The translations under genes were made by a program, and so were the position numbers. 25,578 nucleotides of DNA from a bacterium. GTDB lineage: Bacteria > Zhuqueibacterota > Zhuqueibacteria > Oceanimicrobiales > Oceanimicrobiaceae. Under the pieces are notes generated by a model. That model had not been told where the DNA came from and did no database searches. It saw only the letters and a program-made list of their open reading frames with translations. The DNA lies in assembly GCA_037446635.1 (NCBI GenBank), contig JBBIIG010000058.1:1-25578 (forward strand). The letters run 5' to 3'. Of the stretch, positions 15,973 to 24,242 are shown piece after piece; position 1 is the first letter of the stretch; the number at the start of each line of letters is the position of its first letter.

Positions 15973-17151
15973 TCAACCTGAAGTCGTATCTTCCGCCTCG
16001 CCGCCCGGCGGGGTGGCGTCGTCTAAATTTTCCAAATAACCCGGCGGCAGCGCCACCGTTTGGGTGCCGGGACGTTTGCCGCGGCCAACCCGCAGCCGAT
16101 GCAGCGGAAACGGCTCGCCGCGATCGACGGCGCTCAACAATTCTTCAAATTCGGCAAACGTTTGAGTTCGCACCAACTTATCCCGCAGTTTTTTGCTGCT
16201 GGAAAAATCTTTGAGATACCATACCGAATGCTTGCGGAACGTGATCATGGCCTTCCTTTCGTCCAGCCAATCGCGCAACAGCCGCGCGTGTTCCAACATG
16301 ATATCGACGATTTCTCCGAGGTTGGGCGGCCGCTGCGGCTCGCGGCCGTTGAAAACGTCGGCGAGATCGCGAAACAGCCACGGCCGTCCAAGGCAGCCGC
16401 GGCCGATGACCACGCCGTCGCAGCCGGTGGCGCGCATCATGCGCAGGGCGTCGCAGGCCTCCCAGATGTCGCCGTTACCGAGCACAGGAATGGTGCGAAC
16501 GCGGGCTTTCAACTTTGCAATGCACTCCCAATCGGCTTCGCCGTCATAAAGCTGCGCGGCGGTGCGGGCGTGCAGCGCCACCGCGGCGCAGCCCTCGTCT
16601 TCGGCGATCTTGCCGGCGGTCAAATACGTCGGCAATTCGTCGTTGATGCCAATCCGGAATTTGATAGTGACCGGCACCGTGCCGGCGTGTTTGACCGCCG
16701 CCCGCACGATGTTGCGCAGCAGATTGGGCTTGAGGGGAATCGCCGCGCCGCCGCCGCTGCGAGTGACTTTGCGCACCGGACAACCAAAGTTCATGTCGAT
16801 GTGATCCACGCGGCTTTCGTTCACCAATTTCGTCACCGCCTCGCCGACGTAAAATGGATCCACGCCGTAGAGCTGGAGACTGCGCGGCGTTTCATCCGGG
16901 GCGAATTGCGCCAGCTTCAAAGCTTTGGGGCTGCCAGTGGTTAGGCCGCGCGCCGCCACCATCTCGCAGACGTACAGTCCCGCGCCAAATTTTTTGCACA
17001 GCCGGCGAAACGGCGAGTTGGTGATGCCGGCCATGGGCGCCAGCACCACCGGCGGCCACACCCGCAGCGGCCCGATGGCGAGAGGCAAAAATTCACCGGC
17101 GCCCGCCAGCGCCACGTCCTGGTTGATTTCGCTGCGATAACTGCACTTCAT
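15973..17151 (-). CDS. dusB: tRNA-dihydrouridine synthase, DusB-like
   Basis: LAPMAGITN, QLYG, IDMNFGCPVRKV, KFRIG, HART, GNGDI and IGRGCLGRPW motifs. Confidence 0.93.
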   Translation of the reverse strand: MKCSYRSEINQDVALAGAGEFLPLAIGPLRVWPPVVLAPMAGITNSPFRRLCKKFGAGLYVCEMVAARGLTTGSPKALKLAQFAPDETPRSLQLYGVDPFYVGEAVTKLVNESRVDHIDMNFGCPVRKVTRSGGGAAIPLKPNLLRNIVRAAVKHAGTVPVTIKFRIGINDELPTYLTAGKIAEDEGCAAVALHARTAAQLYDGEADWECIAKLKARVRTIPVLGNGDIWEACDALRMMRATGCDGVVIGRGCLGRPWLFRDLADVFNGREPQRPPNLGEIVDIMLEHARLLRDWLDERKAMITFRKHSVWYLKDFSSSKKLRDKLVRTQTFAEFEELLSAVDRGEPFPLHRLRVGRGKRPGTQTVALPPGYLENLDDATPPGGEAEDTTSG

Positions 17152-17175
17152 CTTTGTATTGCCAATCGTCCGTTG

Positions 17176-17730
17176 TCAGTTGTCCGCTGCATGAACTTCC
17201 AACTTGTCAAGCCGCTGAGCGATCTTATCTTCCCACTGCTTTTGTTTTTTCGAATCGCTGCCGTAGCGGGTTTCGGAATCGTAGCGGCTCTGCTCGGTGT
17301 TCAATTTCATGCGATTGTAGGTGACGAGAACATTGGCTTTTTTCTTCATCTCGTCCAGATCGCCGCAGGATTCATTTAATTCGCTGAAAGCTTTGCGCAA
17401 ATCACGGGCGGCGATTTCGGCGAGATCGAAGTGCCCCTGTTCGTGCCGCAGCAGTTTATCGACGCCCTTAGCCTGCCTTACCCACGACGAGTCGCAATTG
17501 AAAACCGCGCTCACGTCGTAAAAAAAACGTCCCTCCGCACATACCACTGAAACATCGAGCGCAACCCAACTTTGGGCGTTGAATTTTCGATTGGGCGGCG
17601 GCGCTTTGCGGAAATCCTCCCAGCGCAATTCTCGCGATTCGCTCCAAATTTTGATTTTCATTTTCGGATCGGATTGCGGATGCGCTGGAATGATCCAAAC
17701 GTGCAAAATAAAAGCAACCAGCAAAACCAA
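17176..17730 (-). CDS. DUF922-like putative secreted zinc-dependent protease
   Basis: Hydrophobic leader; WSESRELRWEDF, SWV, LLRHEQGHFDLAEI (HExxH...E) and YDSETRYG..Q..W. The TTG start is uncertain. Confidence 0.8.
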   Translation of the reverse strand: MVLLVAFILHVWIIPAHPQSDPKMKIKIWSESRELRWEDFRKAPPPNRKFNAQSWVALDVSVVCAEGRFFYDVSAVFNCDSSWVRQAKGVDKLLRHEQGHFDLAEIAARDLRKAFSELNESCGDLDEMKKKANVLVTYNRMKLNTEQSRYDSETRYGSDSKKQKQWEDKIAQRLDKLEVHAADN

Positions 17731-17760
17731 TCGCTTTCCATCCCCTTTTCAAATTCTTCG

Positions 17761-17793
17761 CTCTCGCTCCCACGCAGAGCGTGGGAGCGAGAG
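17761..17793. repeat. REP-like perfect hairpin
   Basis: CTCTCGCTCCCACGC-AGA-GCGTGGGAGCGAGAG: 15-bp perfect stem, 3-nt loop, no adjacent poly-U tract. Confidence 0.85.
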
Positions 17794-17830
17794 AACTAAA
17801 AGCACCAGCAAAAAAATTGTTTTGTCCGCA

Positions 17831-18217
17831 CTATTTTAAATCCATCCGTTTCACATGAATCAAGCCATGCCCCAACATATCCACGGCAGCTTGTGATTGC
17901 TCCAGCACGATGTATCCCACCAATGGCTCATACAACCCATTTTGTGGCGTCATATCAATGAACACCACTTCACTAAAGATTGGTTCAAAGCCCTCGATTT
18001 GAATGCGAACCGGCCCACAGACCTCTCCTGCGACTATCTCCTGTGTGGCCGTCTCAAGCTCTATTTTTCGGATACTCTCTAAATCGCCCAACCGATCTTT
18101 CCAAACCGCCGGCAGAACCAAATGCGACGCCCCGGTGTCAACTAAAGCATCGCATCTGAGATTTTTGGATGGCTCCATGATGTTTTCAATGGTCACCGAA
18201 GTGATGATTCGTCCCAT
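17831..18217 (-). CDS. Small clan AA (retropepsin-like) aspartyl protease
   Basis: ALVDTGA catalytic motif and C-terminal PLVGYIVLE (hydrophobic-hydrophobic-Gly); GGGAGG RBS; 128 aa. Confidence 0.88.
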   Translation of the reverse strand: MGRIITSVTIENIMEPSKNLRCDALVDTGASHLVLPAVWKDRLGDLESIRKIELETATQEIVAGEVCGPVRIQIEGFEPIFSEVVFIDMTPQNGLYEPLVGYIVLEQSQAAVDMLGHGLIHVKRMDLK

Positions 18218-18249
18218 CGATCCCTCCCATATTTTAATTTAAAACGACT

Positions 18250-20343
18250 TCAATTTTCTAACTCCAGCCCGTACTTCTCGCTGATATCCAGCGGCGGCAT
18301 CGGCCCATCCAGCGGCTTGGCGTCTTTGACATACCAGTCGTACCAATCGAGGATGCGATGGACGACGTCGATCTGTCCGGGCTGCTTGCGGTTGCCGTGT
18401 TCCTCGCCGGGGTACTGTACCAGCCGCACCGCCGGATGGTTGTTCATTTTCATTCGGCGGTACAATTCCAAACTTTGCGACGGGTGCACGCGGGGGTCGT
18501 CCGCGCCGCCGTAAATCAACGTGGCGGTTTTGCTCTGATGCGCCCAGTAAATAGGACTGCGCTTCAAACTGAAGTCCCAGATTTCTTCGAGCTCTCTGCC
18601 GGAGTGGACGTACAATTCCTCGTAGGGGATATCGGTGGTGCCGCGCTTGCTGATGAGATCGCTGATGCCCACGAACATGCAAACGGCTTTGACTTTCTCG
18701 GTGTAATACGTGGCGAACCAAGCCGAGGCGAATCCGCCGTAGGAGCCGCCGCCGAGTCCTACCCGCTCGCCATCGGCGATGCCCTGCTGCACCAGATAAT
18801 CGATGCCGTCGGCGATGTCGTCAAACTCCACGCCCGCGGCGTCGCCGTAGCCTACAGATGCGTATTCGAGACCGTAGCCGGTGCTGGAACGATAGTTGGG
18901 ATAAAACGCCGCGTAGCCTTTGCCAGCCAGCACCTGCCCCGGCTCGGCGTAGCGGCTGATCCAACGATTGGCATAATGCGACTCCGGGCCGCCGTGCACA
19001 ATCACCACCAGCGGATAGCGCTGGCCGGCCTGATAATCCACCGGATAAATCAGCAGCCCCTCGACTTCCGCACCGTCGCGCGCTTTGTAACGAATGACTT
19101 CCTGCTTTCCCAATTTGCGATCCGACAGCCAGGGGTTCACATTGGTGAGCCGCTGAATCTGTTTGCCGCTCCAAAAATAAACCTCATTCGGAACATGCGG
19201 CGCTCCGCCGACAAAAGCCCACCCTTTGAAATCACTGCTGAAAGTGGGGGCGTCGAAAACCACGCCATGATCCTTAGAATTTAAAATCACTTGCCGCTCC
19301 GCGCCGTTGCCAGTGAGCTTTATCAGACTGTAGGTGGTTTCGACGCCTTCATCGGCTTTGTAAACCACCGTGCTGTTGTCTTTCCAACCCACCCAATTGA
19401 CGTGGCCGCGGAATTTGGCGGGGGTGAGGTTCGCCGCTTCGCCACCTGTGACCGGAACCACAAACGCCTGACTGACCGCGTGATCTTTTCGCTCCAGCGC
19501 GGCGGCGTACGCCAAATGCTTACCGTCCGGGCTAAAAACAAAATTGCCCAACTTGCCGGGATTTTCGGTAAGCTGTTTCAGGCTTTTATCCTGCAAATTC
19601 AAAAGATGCACCCGCTGAAACATGTAGCTGTGATCGACAAGATTCTTTTCGCTGATGGCCGCCGCGATGGTTTTGCCGTCCGGCGAAAATTCAAACGACC
19701 AGACCGTGATGTCCTTCGTCAACGGCTCGGGCTCGATTTTCTCCCCCGGCGCGCCAATGGCAATCAGGTAAAGATTTTGCGGCTTGAGATTTTCTTCATA
19801 ATAAATGAAGCCGTAACCCTTCTTCTCCAGCTCCTTTTCTCGCTTGGTTTTGGGCGTCTCAGCAATGTAAGCGATTTGATTGCCGGACGGATGCCAGTTA
19901 AACTTTTCAACACTGGTTTCCGAATGAGTGATTGGCCGCGCTTCGCCGCCGTCCACCGGGATCATCCAAACTTGCGTTTTGGAGTCCTCACCGCGTTTCA
20001 TCAGAAACGCCAGCGCCGAGCCATCCGGCCGCCACTGCAGCGCACTGACATTAACTTTGCCGGTTATAAACGGACGGATTTCTCTGGTTTTAGGTGAAAC
20101 CAGATAAAGCTCGCTATACGCCCTACCCGCCGCTTCGTTGGCGGCGCGGGGCACCAAAACCGTGTAAGCGATCCAGGCGCCGTTGGGACTGATCTGGGCT
20201 TGAGTGACCGACTTCACGCTCAATAGATCTTGTGGGCTGAGCGGCTCGCCGGCAGAGAGGTTTTGCGCGCCAATCAGGCAAAAGATCAAAATCGCTGACC
20301 AAAATATCGCACCGCGTCGCAAGTAAATCGCATCTCTGTTCAT
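18250..20343 (-). CDS. Secreted S9 family serine peptidase (acylaminoacyl / dipeptidyl aminopeptidase-like)
   Basis: Signal peptide; SPDG-type beta-propeller repeats; VHGGP; GGSYGG (Ser), DPRV (Asp) and EEHG (His); AGGAGG RBS. Confidence 0.95.
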   Translation of the reverse strand: MNRDAIYLRRGAIFWSAILIFCLIGAQNLSAGEPLSPQDLLSVKSVTQAQISPNGAWIAYTVLVPRAANEAAGRAYSELYLVSPKTREIRPFITGKVNVSALQWRPDGSALAFLMKRGEDSKTQVWMIPVDGGEARPITHSETSVEKFNWHPSGNQIAYIAETPKTKREKELEKKGYGFIYYEENLKPQNLYLIAIGAPGEKIEPEPLTKDITVWSFEFSPDGKTIAAAISEKNLVDHSYMFQRVHLLNLQDKSLKQLTENPGKLGNFVFSPDGKHLAYAAALERKDHAVSQAFVVPVTGGEAANLTPAKFRGHVNWVGWKDNSTVVYKADEGVETTYSLIKLTGNGAERQVILNSKDHGVVFDAPTFSSDFKGWAFVGGAPHVPNEVYFWSGKQIQRLTNVNPWLSDRKLGKQEVIRYKARDGAEVEGLLIYPVDYQAGQRYPLVVIVHGGPESHYANRWISRYAEPGQVLAGKGYAAFYPNYRSSTGYGLEYASVGYGDAAGVEFDDIADGIDYLVQQGIADGERVGLGGGSYGGFASAWFATYYTEKVKAVCMFVGISDLISKRGTTDIPYEELYVHSGRELEEIWDFSLKRSPIYWAHQSKTATLIYGGADDPRVHPSQSLELYRRMKMNNHPAVRLVQYPGEEHGNRKQPGQIDVVHRILDWYDWYVKDAKPLDGPMPPLDISEKYGLELEN

Positions 20344-20506
20344 AGCGCTTCCTCCTTTTAAAAGTAATTCGATTACAACTAAAAATTTAAAAAATTAAGC
20401 ATTAAATTCAACTTATAAAATTCAATGGGAAGGGCAATAGCGGACTGTGAAAAGAGGGTTCGGGTTTAAAAATGGGAAGATAGGTGGGGGTACAACCCCC
20501 TCCTGG

Positions 20507-20543
20507 CCTCTCCCAAATTCCAAAGAACGGAATTTGGGAGAGG
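20507..20543. repeat. REP-like perfect hairpin
   Basis: CCTCTCCCAAATTCC-AAAGAAC-GGAATTTGGGAGAGG: 15-bp perfect stem preceded by CCCCCTCCTGG. Confidence 0.85.
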
Positions 20544-20604
20544 AGAATGTAGGTTTCCGCCATTTTCGGCAGAGCCGAACCGCTGTTCGCGTGGGCTTCC
20601 GCAT

Positions 20605-20624
20605 TGCAAAACTGCAGTTTTGCA
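20605..20624. repeat. Perfect 20-bp palindrome (REP-like or operator)
   Basis: TGCAAAACTGCAGTTTTGCA, followed by CTCC. Confidence 0.8.
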
Positions 20625-20643
20625 CTCCGTTCCAAAAATATTT

Positions 20644-22149
20644 TTAAAAATCCTCTTTATAAGTAATCGCGCCGGTCGGGCTGACCAGCGCCATGCGCAG
20701 CGCTTTGGGATCAGTCGCTTCAAGAAATTTATTTTGCAGTTCGTTTTTGGTGGCAACGTACATCAAGTCGAACGCTTCGCCGGCTTCTCTGGTTTTCCAA
20801 AATTCCGAAGTGTTGATCTTCAACGGTTGTTCGGGGCAAATCGCAAAAACCGAAACCAAATTCGGCTGCTGAGGATTCTTTAGCCGCGCCAAATCATTAT
20901 ACAAATACGCCAATTTCATTGACTCGCGCTCGAGCACCCCCTGCCGCACCTCCATTACTCGGCCCAGGCGCTTGATTATGGATTTCTGATCCACCTCCGT
21001 CTCAAACGAAGCGTTTAACGGCAGAATGAAAACCAAATTGCAGTCTTCGATCTGAGTCGCAAACCGCACCGGCAAGTTATCGACGACGCCGCCGTCCTCA
21101 AACCACTCATGATTAATTTGCATATATGGGAAAAGCGGCGGCAGATCCATCGAGGCGAAGACGGCGGCGCGCAGACGCTCCAGGCCATCGATTTCTTCGC
21201 CGTTGGTAATGAGGTCGTAGTGGTCGCTCAAAAAAAGCGGCTCATTTTTTCCGGTCTTCCAATTTTTTCGGGTCATGCCAGGCAAGGCGGTATTGTTGGT
21301 GGAAAACTCGAGATGGCCTCTCGCGACATTAGACAGGGTCAGATAAAAATGCAGCGCTCTCTCCGGATTATCGAACAAACGCGCTTGCAGGGCATGGCGG
21401 ATGTGCGGTGTATCCATGAAAAGAGTTTTGAACGTTTCCTTCCAGGGAGTCGTCAACAAAAAATAGTTCTTAGACAAAGGCGCGTAAGAGGCAAACGAGA
21501 CGATGCGGTCGGCGCGAATCTCTTTCCACCAGGTTTCATGGGCGCTCATTTGTCCCGCGCCGGGCGGCTTGATCAAGCCCGCCATCCAGAACATGGAGTT
21601 CCACGAGCCGATGGAAGTGCCGGCGATCATCCGCACGTTATCGAGGCCGTTGTTCTCCTCTAAAAATTCGTAAATCGCTTTCAACGCTCCGGCCTGGTAC
21701 GCGCCTTTGGCACCGCCGCCGGCGCAGATGATTCCAATGCGCAGGTCTTCGATAGCCCGTTCGCGCACAAAGTCTGCCAGTAGCTTTCCAGCGCCGGGCG
21801 TCGGCGCCACCGGATCGTGAACATACACCTGCGGGCTTTTGTAAAGCCGGCGAGAAACCCAACCGGCAAAATTGTAACTCCCCAAAACGCCCAACCCCAC
21901 AATGGCGACCATCACGACGCCTTCAAAAAAAATTGGCAGCGGCCGGAGGAGAAACCCTTTCAGCCCCGGCTTTTCAAACTCGACATCGCTGAAAATTTTG
22001 AGTATCGCTTCGGAGATGGAGCGGATATCGAAGTAGGTTAAGATGGTAGAAACGATAACCAACCACGCGAACAGCGCCACAACTAAAGAAATGGAAAAAC
22101 TCCAGGGCAGGCGACGCGCCCAGGTGACGAAAAATTTGATGAGGTTCAT
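20644..22149 (-). CDS. Patatin-like phospholipase with two N-terminal transmembrane segments
   Basis: GGGAKG oxyanion loop, GTSIG nucleophile, ASMDLPPLFP and DGG. Hydrophobic stretches at about aa 16-39 and 72-97. AGGAGGAGG RBS. Confidence 0.9.
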   Translation of the reverse strand: MNLIKFFVTWARRLPWSFSISLVVALFAWLVIVSTILTYFDIRSISEAILKIFSDVEFEKPGLKGFLLRPLPIFFEGVVMVAIVGLGVLGSYNFAGWVSRRLYKSPQVYVHDPVAPTPGAGKLLADFVRERAIEDLRIGIICAGGGAKGAYQAGALKAIYEFLEENNGLDNVRMIAGTSIGSWNSMFWMAGLIKPPGAGQMSAHETWWKEIRADRIVSFASYAPLSKNYFLLTTPWKETFKTLFMDTPHIRHALQARLFDNPERALHFYLTLSNVARGHLEFSTNNTALPGMTRKNWKTGKNEPLFLSDHYDLITNGEEIDGLERLRAAVFASMDLPPLFPYMQINHEWFEDGGVVDNLPVRFATQIEDCNLVFILPLNASFETEVDQKSIIKRLGRVMEVRQGVLERESMKLAYLYNDLARLKNPQQPNLVSVFAICPEQPLKINTSEFWKTREAGEAFDLMYVATKNELQNKFLEATDPKALRMALVSPTGAITYKEDF

Positions 22150-22278
22150 CTTCCTCCTCCTATTGGAATATTGAATGGCTAAAATGGAAACGAAGTACGA
22201 AAGTTATTTTACAAAAATCAATTTTAATCTTATAAAATGTTCCACTCGCGGTTCCCACCTGCTAGCGACAAAAATACA

Positions 22279-22619
22279 CTACGGCCCCGGCCCGACCGCG
22301 ATGTTTTCCCAATCACGTGACGTGGCTCCAACAATGGTAAAAATTCCGAGACGCTGGCCGTGTTCGTTTAATGCGAAAATGCGGTTGGAGTCGCCGGAAT
22401 CGTTGTGCGAACACAGCACGCCGGGATTTTTCCGCCTGGCCGCGACCCAGAGGCTTCATCAAGCTGCGGATGCCCGATGCGGCCGCGCTCCACTCGTTCG
22501 CCAAAATGAGGTTCCTGTGCCGGCGCGGGCGTAGCGATCGCCAAACAGATCAAAACACAGAGAGAAATTGTTTCCAACAAATTGCGCATAAAATCAGGGT
22601 GAAAATAAATTTTCTTCAT
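22279..22619 (-). pseudogene. Frameshifted and truncated secreted protein (beta-propeller-like family with an HNDSGD motif)
   Basis: Frame 1 gives a signal peptide ...ATPAPA|QEPHFG...LDEASG. A -1 shift at 22445-22448 continues xAARRKNPGVLCSHNDSGDSNRIFAL...RDWENIAVGPGP, ending at TAG 22279-22281. Confidence 0.75.
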
Positions 22620-23976
22620 GGTGAGCGGAACGCAATTTTTTTCGCACTCGGATTATCTTCGCCCGCACCCGGTTTTGTTCTTGAAGTTTGATATGATGTT
22701 CGAGAATGGCCCGCATTGCCGCCGATTCGCTGGACTCACGAAGGGGCATGTTTTCAAATGGGTCCGAAAGCAAATTATAGAGGATGGGTTTCTCTTCCTG
22801 CGTATCAAAAATTAGTTTCCAAAAGCGATTGCGAAAAGCAAATCGTTTCGGCAGAACCTCGATGTTAAAAAGCTGGCGATCTACCGGCGGCCCGCCGTTG
22901 GGCGCGTAACTGGCTTCGGCGATGAGAAAATTTCCATCTACTGAAAATGAAGGCGGCGGCCAGAAACCGCGGTGATCAAATGGGTTCTGCAATTTCAACA
23001 AAGAAAAAATGGTGGGGGCTAAATCGATCAAAGCCACTATGTTGTCGCAGCGTTGGGAGCGCGCGCAGAACGGCGGCTTGATCAGCAGGGGGACTCGCAG
23101 CAATTCGTCGAAGAGTTTGGATTTGTGCTGCAGGTCGCCGTGCTCCAAAAATTCCTCCCCGTGATCGGCGCAAAAGATCATCAACGATGAATCAAACCAG
23201 CCGCGCCGCCGCAAAAATTTCAACAACTCTTCCACTTTCAAATCCAATTGCCGCACCGCTGCGTCGTACAAATTCTGAACCTGCTGAATCCGTTCAGAAG
23301 AAAGCGGCGCGTTCTCACGGACACGGGAATTGATTCTGAAATTTTCTTCGCGGGAAACAAACGGCATGCCGACCGCGCGCTGCGCCTCGGGCTGCGGCAA
23401 ATAGGGATAGTGCGTATCCATGTAATGAACCCACAGAAAAAAAGGCCGCGGAAATTTTTCCAGCCGATCGAAAATGTGACGATTGATTTCGTTTTCCAAA
23501 CGCGCTTTGCGGCGAATGCTTTCCTCCGAGATCAGATATTTTTCCAAATCCATCTGCGGGATGTCAATCCGGGAATTTAGCCAATCGGGTTCAGAACTAT
23601 CTTTGGCAATCGCCGCGTCATCCATATAATCATAAAATTCGTCGAAGCCGCGATGGTAGTTGAACATCCGGGAAATGTAGGGATTGCCAGCGTTGAAGCC
23701 GATGGTGGCGTAGCCGGCATTGCGCAAGGCTTCCGCCAAAGTCAGAGGAGCATCAAATAATCCCAGCCGCGAATAGCTCAAAGGATACGCGGCAGACATC
23801 ATGGCCGGAAAAGCGTGGGACGTGTTGGGACCGTTGCTGAAGGCGTTAGAAAAAAGCACGGCCGTTTCAGCGAAGTGATCGAGATGCGGCGAGGTTGGGC
23901 GGGAATAACCGTAACAGCCCAGGCGATCGGCGCGCAGGGAATCGGCGGTGACGAGGACAACGTTCGGCCGGGTCAT
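22594..23976 (-). CDS. Sulfatase-like alkaline-phosphatase-superfamily hydrolase/transferase
   Basis: PNVVLVTADSLRADRLGCYGY, RGFDEF, PFFLWVHYMDTHYPY, YDAAV, ADHGE and LRVPLLI motifs. The nucleophile region NGPNTSHAF lacks C/S-x-P-x-R. No signal peptide. Confidence 0.9.
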   Translation of the reverse strand: MTRPNVVLVTADSLRADRLGCYGYSRPTSPHLDHFAETAVLFSNAFSNGPNTSHAFPAMMSAAYPLSYSRLGLFDAPLTLAEALRNAGYATIGFNAGNPYISRMFNYHRGFDEFYDYMDDAAIAKDSSEPDWLNSRIDIPQMDLEKYLISEESIRRKARLENEINRHIFDRLEKFPRPFFLWVHYMDTHYPYLPQPEAQRAVGMPFVSREENFRINSRVRENAPLSSERIQQVQNLYDAAVRQLDLKVEELLKFLRRRGWFDSSLMIFCADHGEEFLEHGDLQHKSKLFDELLRVPLLIKPPFCARSQRCDNIVALIDLAPTIFSLLKLQNPFDHRGFWPPPSFSVDGNFLIAEASYAPNGGPPVDRQLFNIEVLPKRFAFRNRFWKLIFDTQEEKPILYNLLSDPFENMPLRESSESAAMRAILEHHIKLQEQNRVRAKIIRVRKKLRSAHHEENLFSP

Positions 23977-23985
23977 ATTTCAAAT

Positions 23986-24239
23986 CACTCTTGTCCAAAA
24001 TAGGCTTTTTCTAACATTAATTTTGGACAGCATTTGCAGGTTTTACCGCGTTAAATCAAAATTCTCAGCCAGTAGGTGGACACAAAACTGATTTTATCTT
24101 GGACAGCATTTGTCCTATTCGACAAAAACTAAACAGGAACCTGATTTTCAGTTGGCTGCTTTGGCCTTGTTAAATCACAAATTTACAATACAGAGTCGTT
24201 GAGAATCTGTGGTATTCCAAATTATCTTGGACAGCAGTG
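23986..24239. mobile_element. 254-bp MITE / internally deleted IS, probably IS4-family derived
   Basis: Terminal inverted repeats CACTCTTGTCCAAAATA (23986-24002) and TATCTTGGACAGCAGTG (24223-24239), matching 14/17. Flanked by the perfect direct repeat ATTTCAAAT (23977-23985 and 24240-24248). AT-rich, no transposase ORF. Confidence 0.88.
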
Positions 24240-24242
24240 ATT

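Noticed and set aside
20644..22149. Calling the patatin a CBASS CapV system
   Set aside because: No CD-NTase or ancillary cap gene is adjacent, and the TM anchor is not a CapV feature.
24023..24236. Three TTGGACAGCA direct repeats as a mini-CRISPR
   Set aside because: Repeats are only 10-15 bp, spacing is irregular (76 and 128 nt), no cas genes are present, and the MITE ends explain them.
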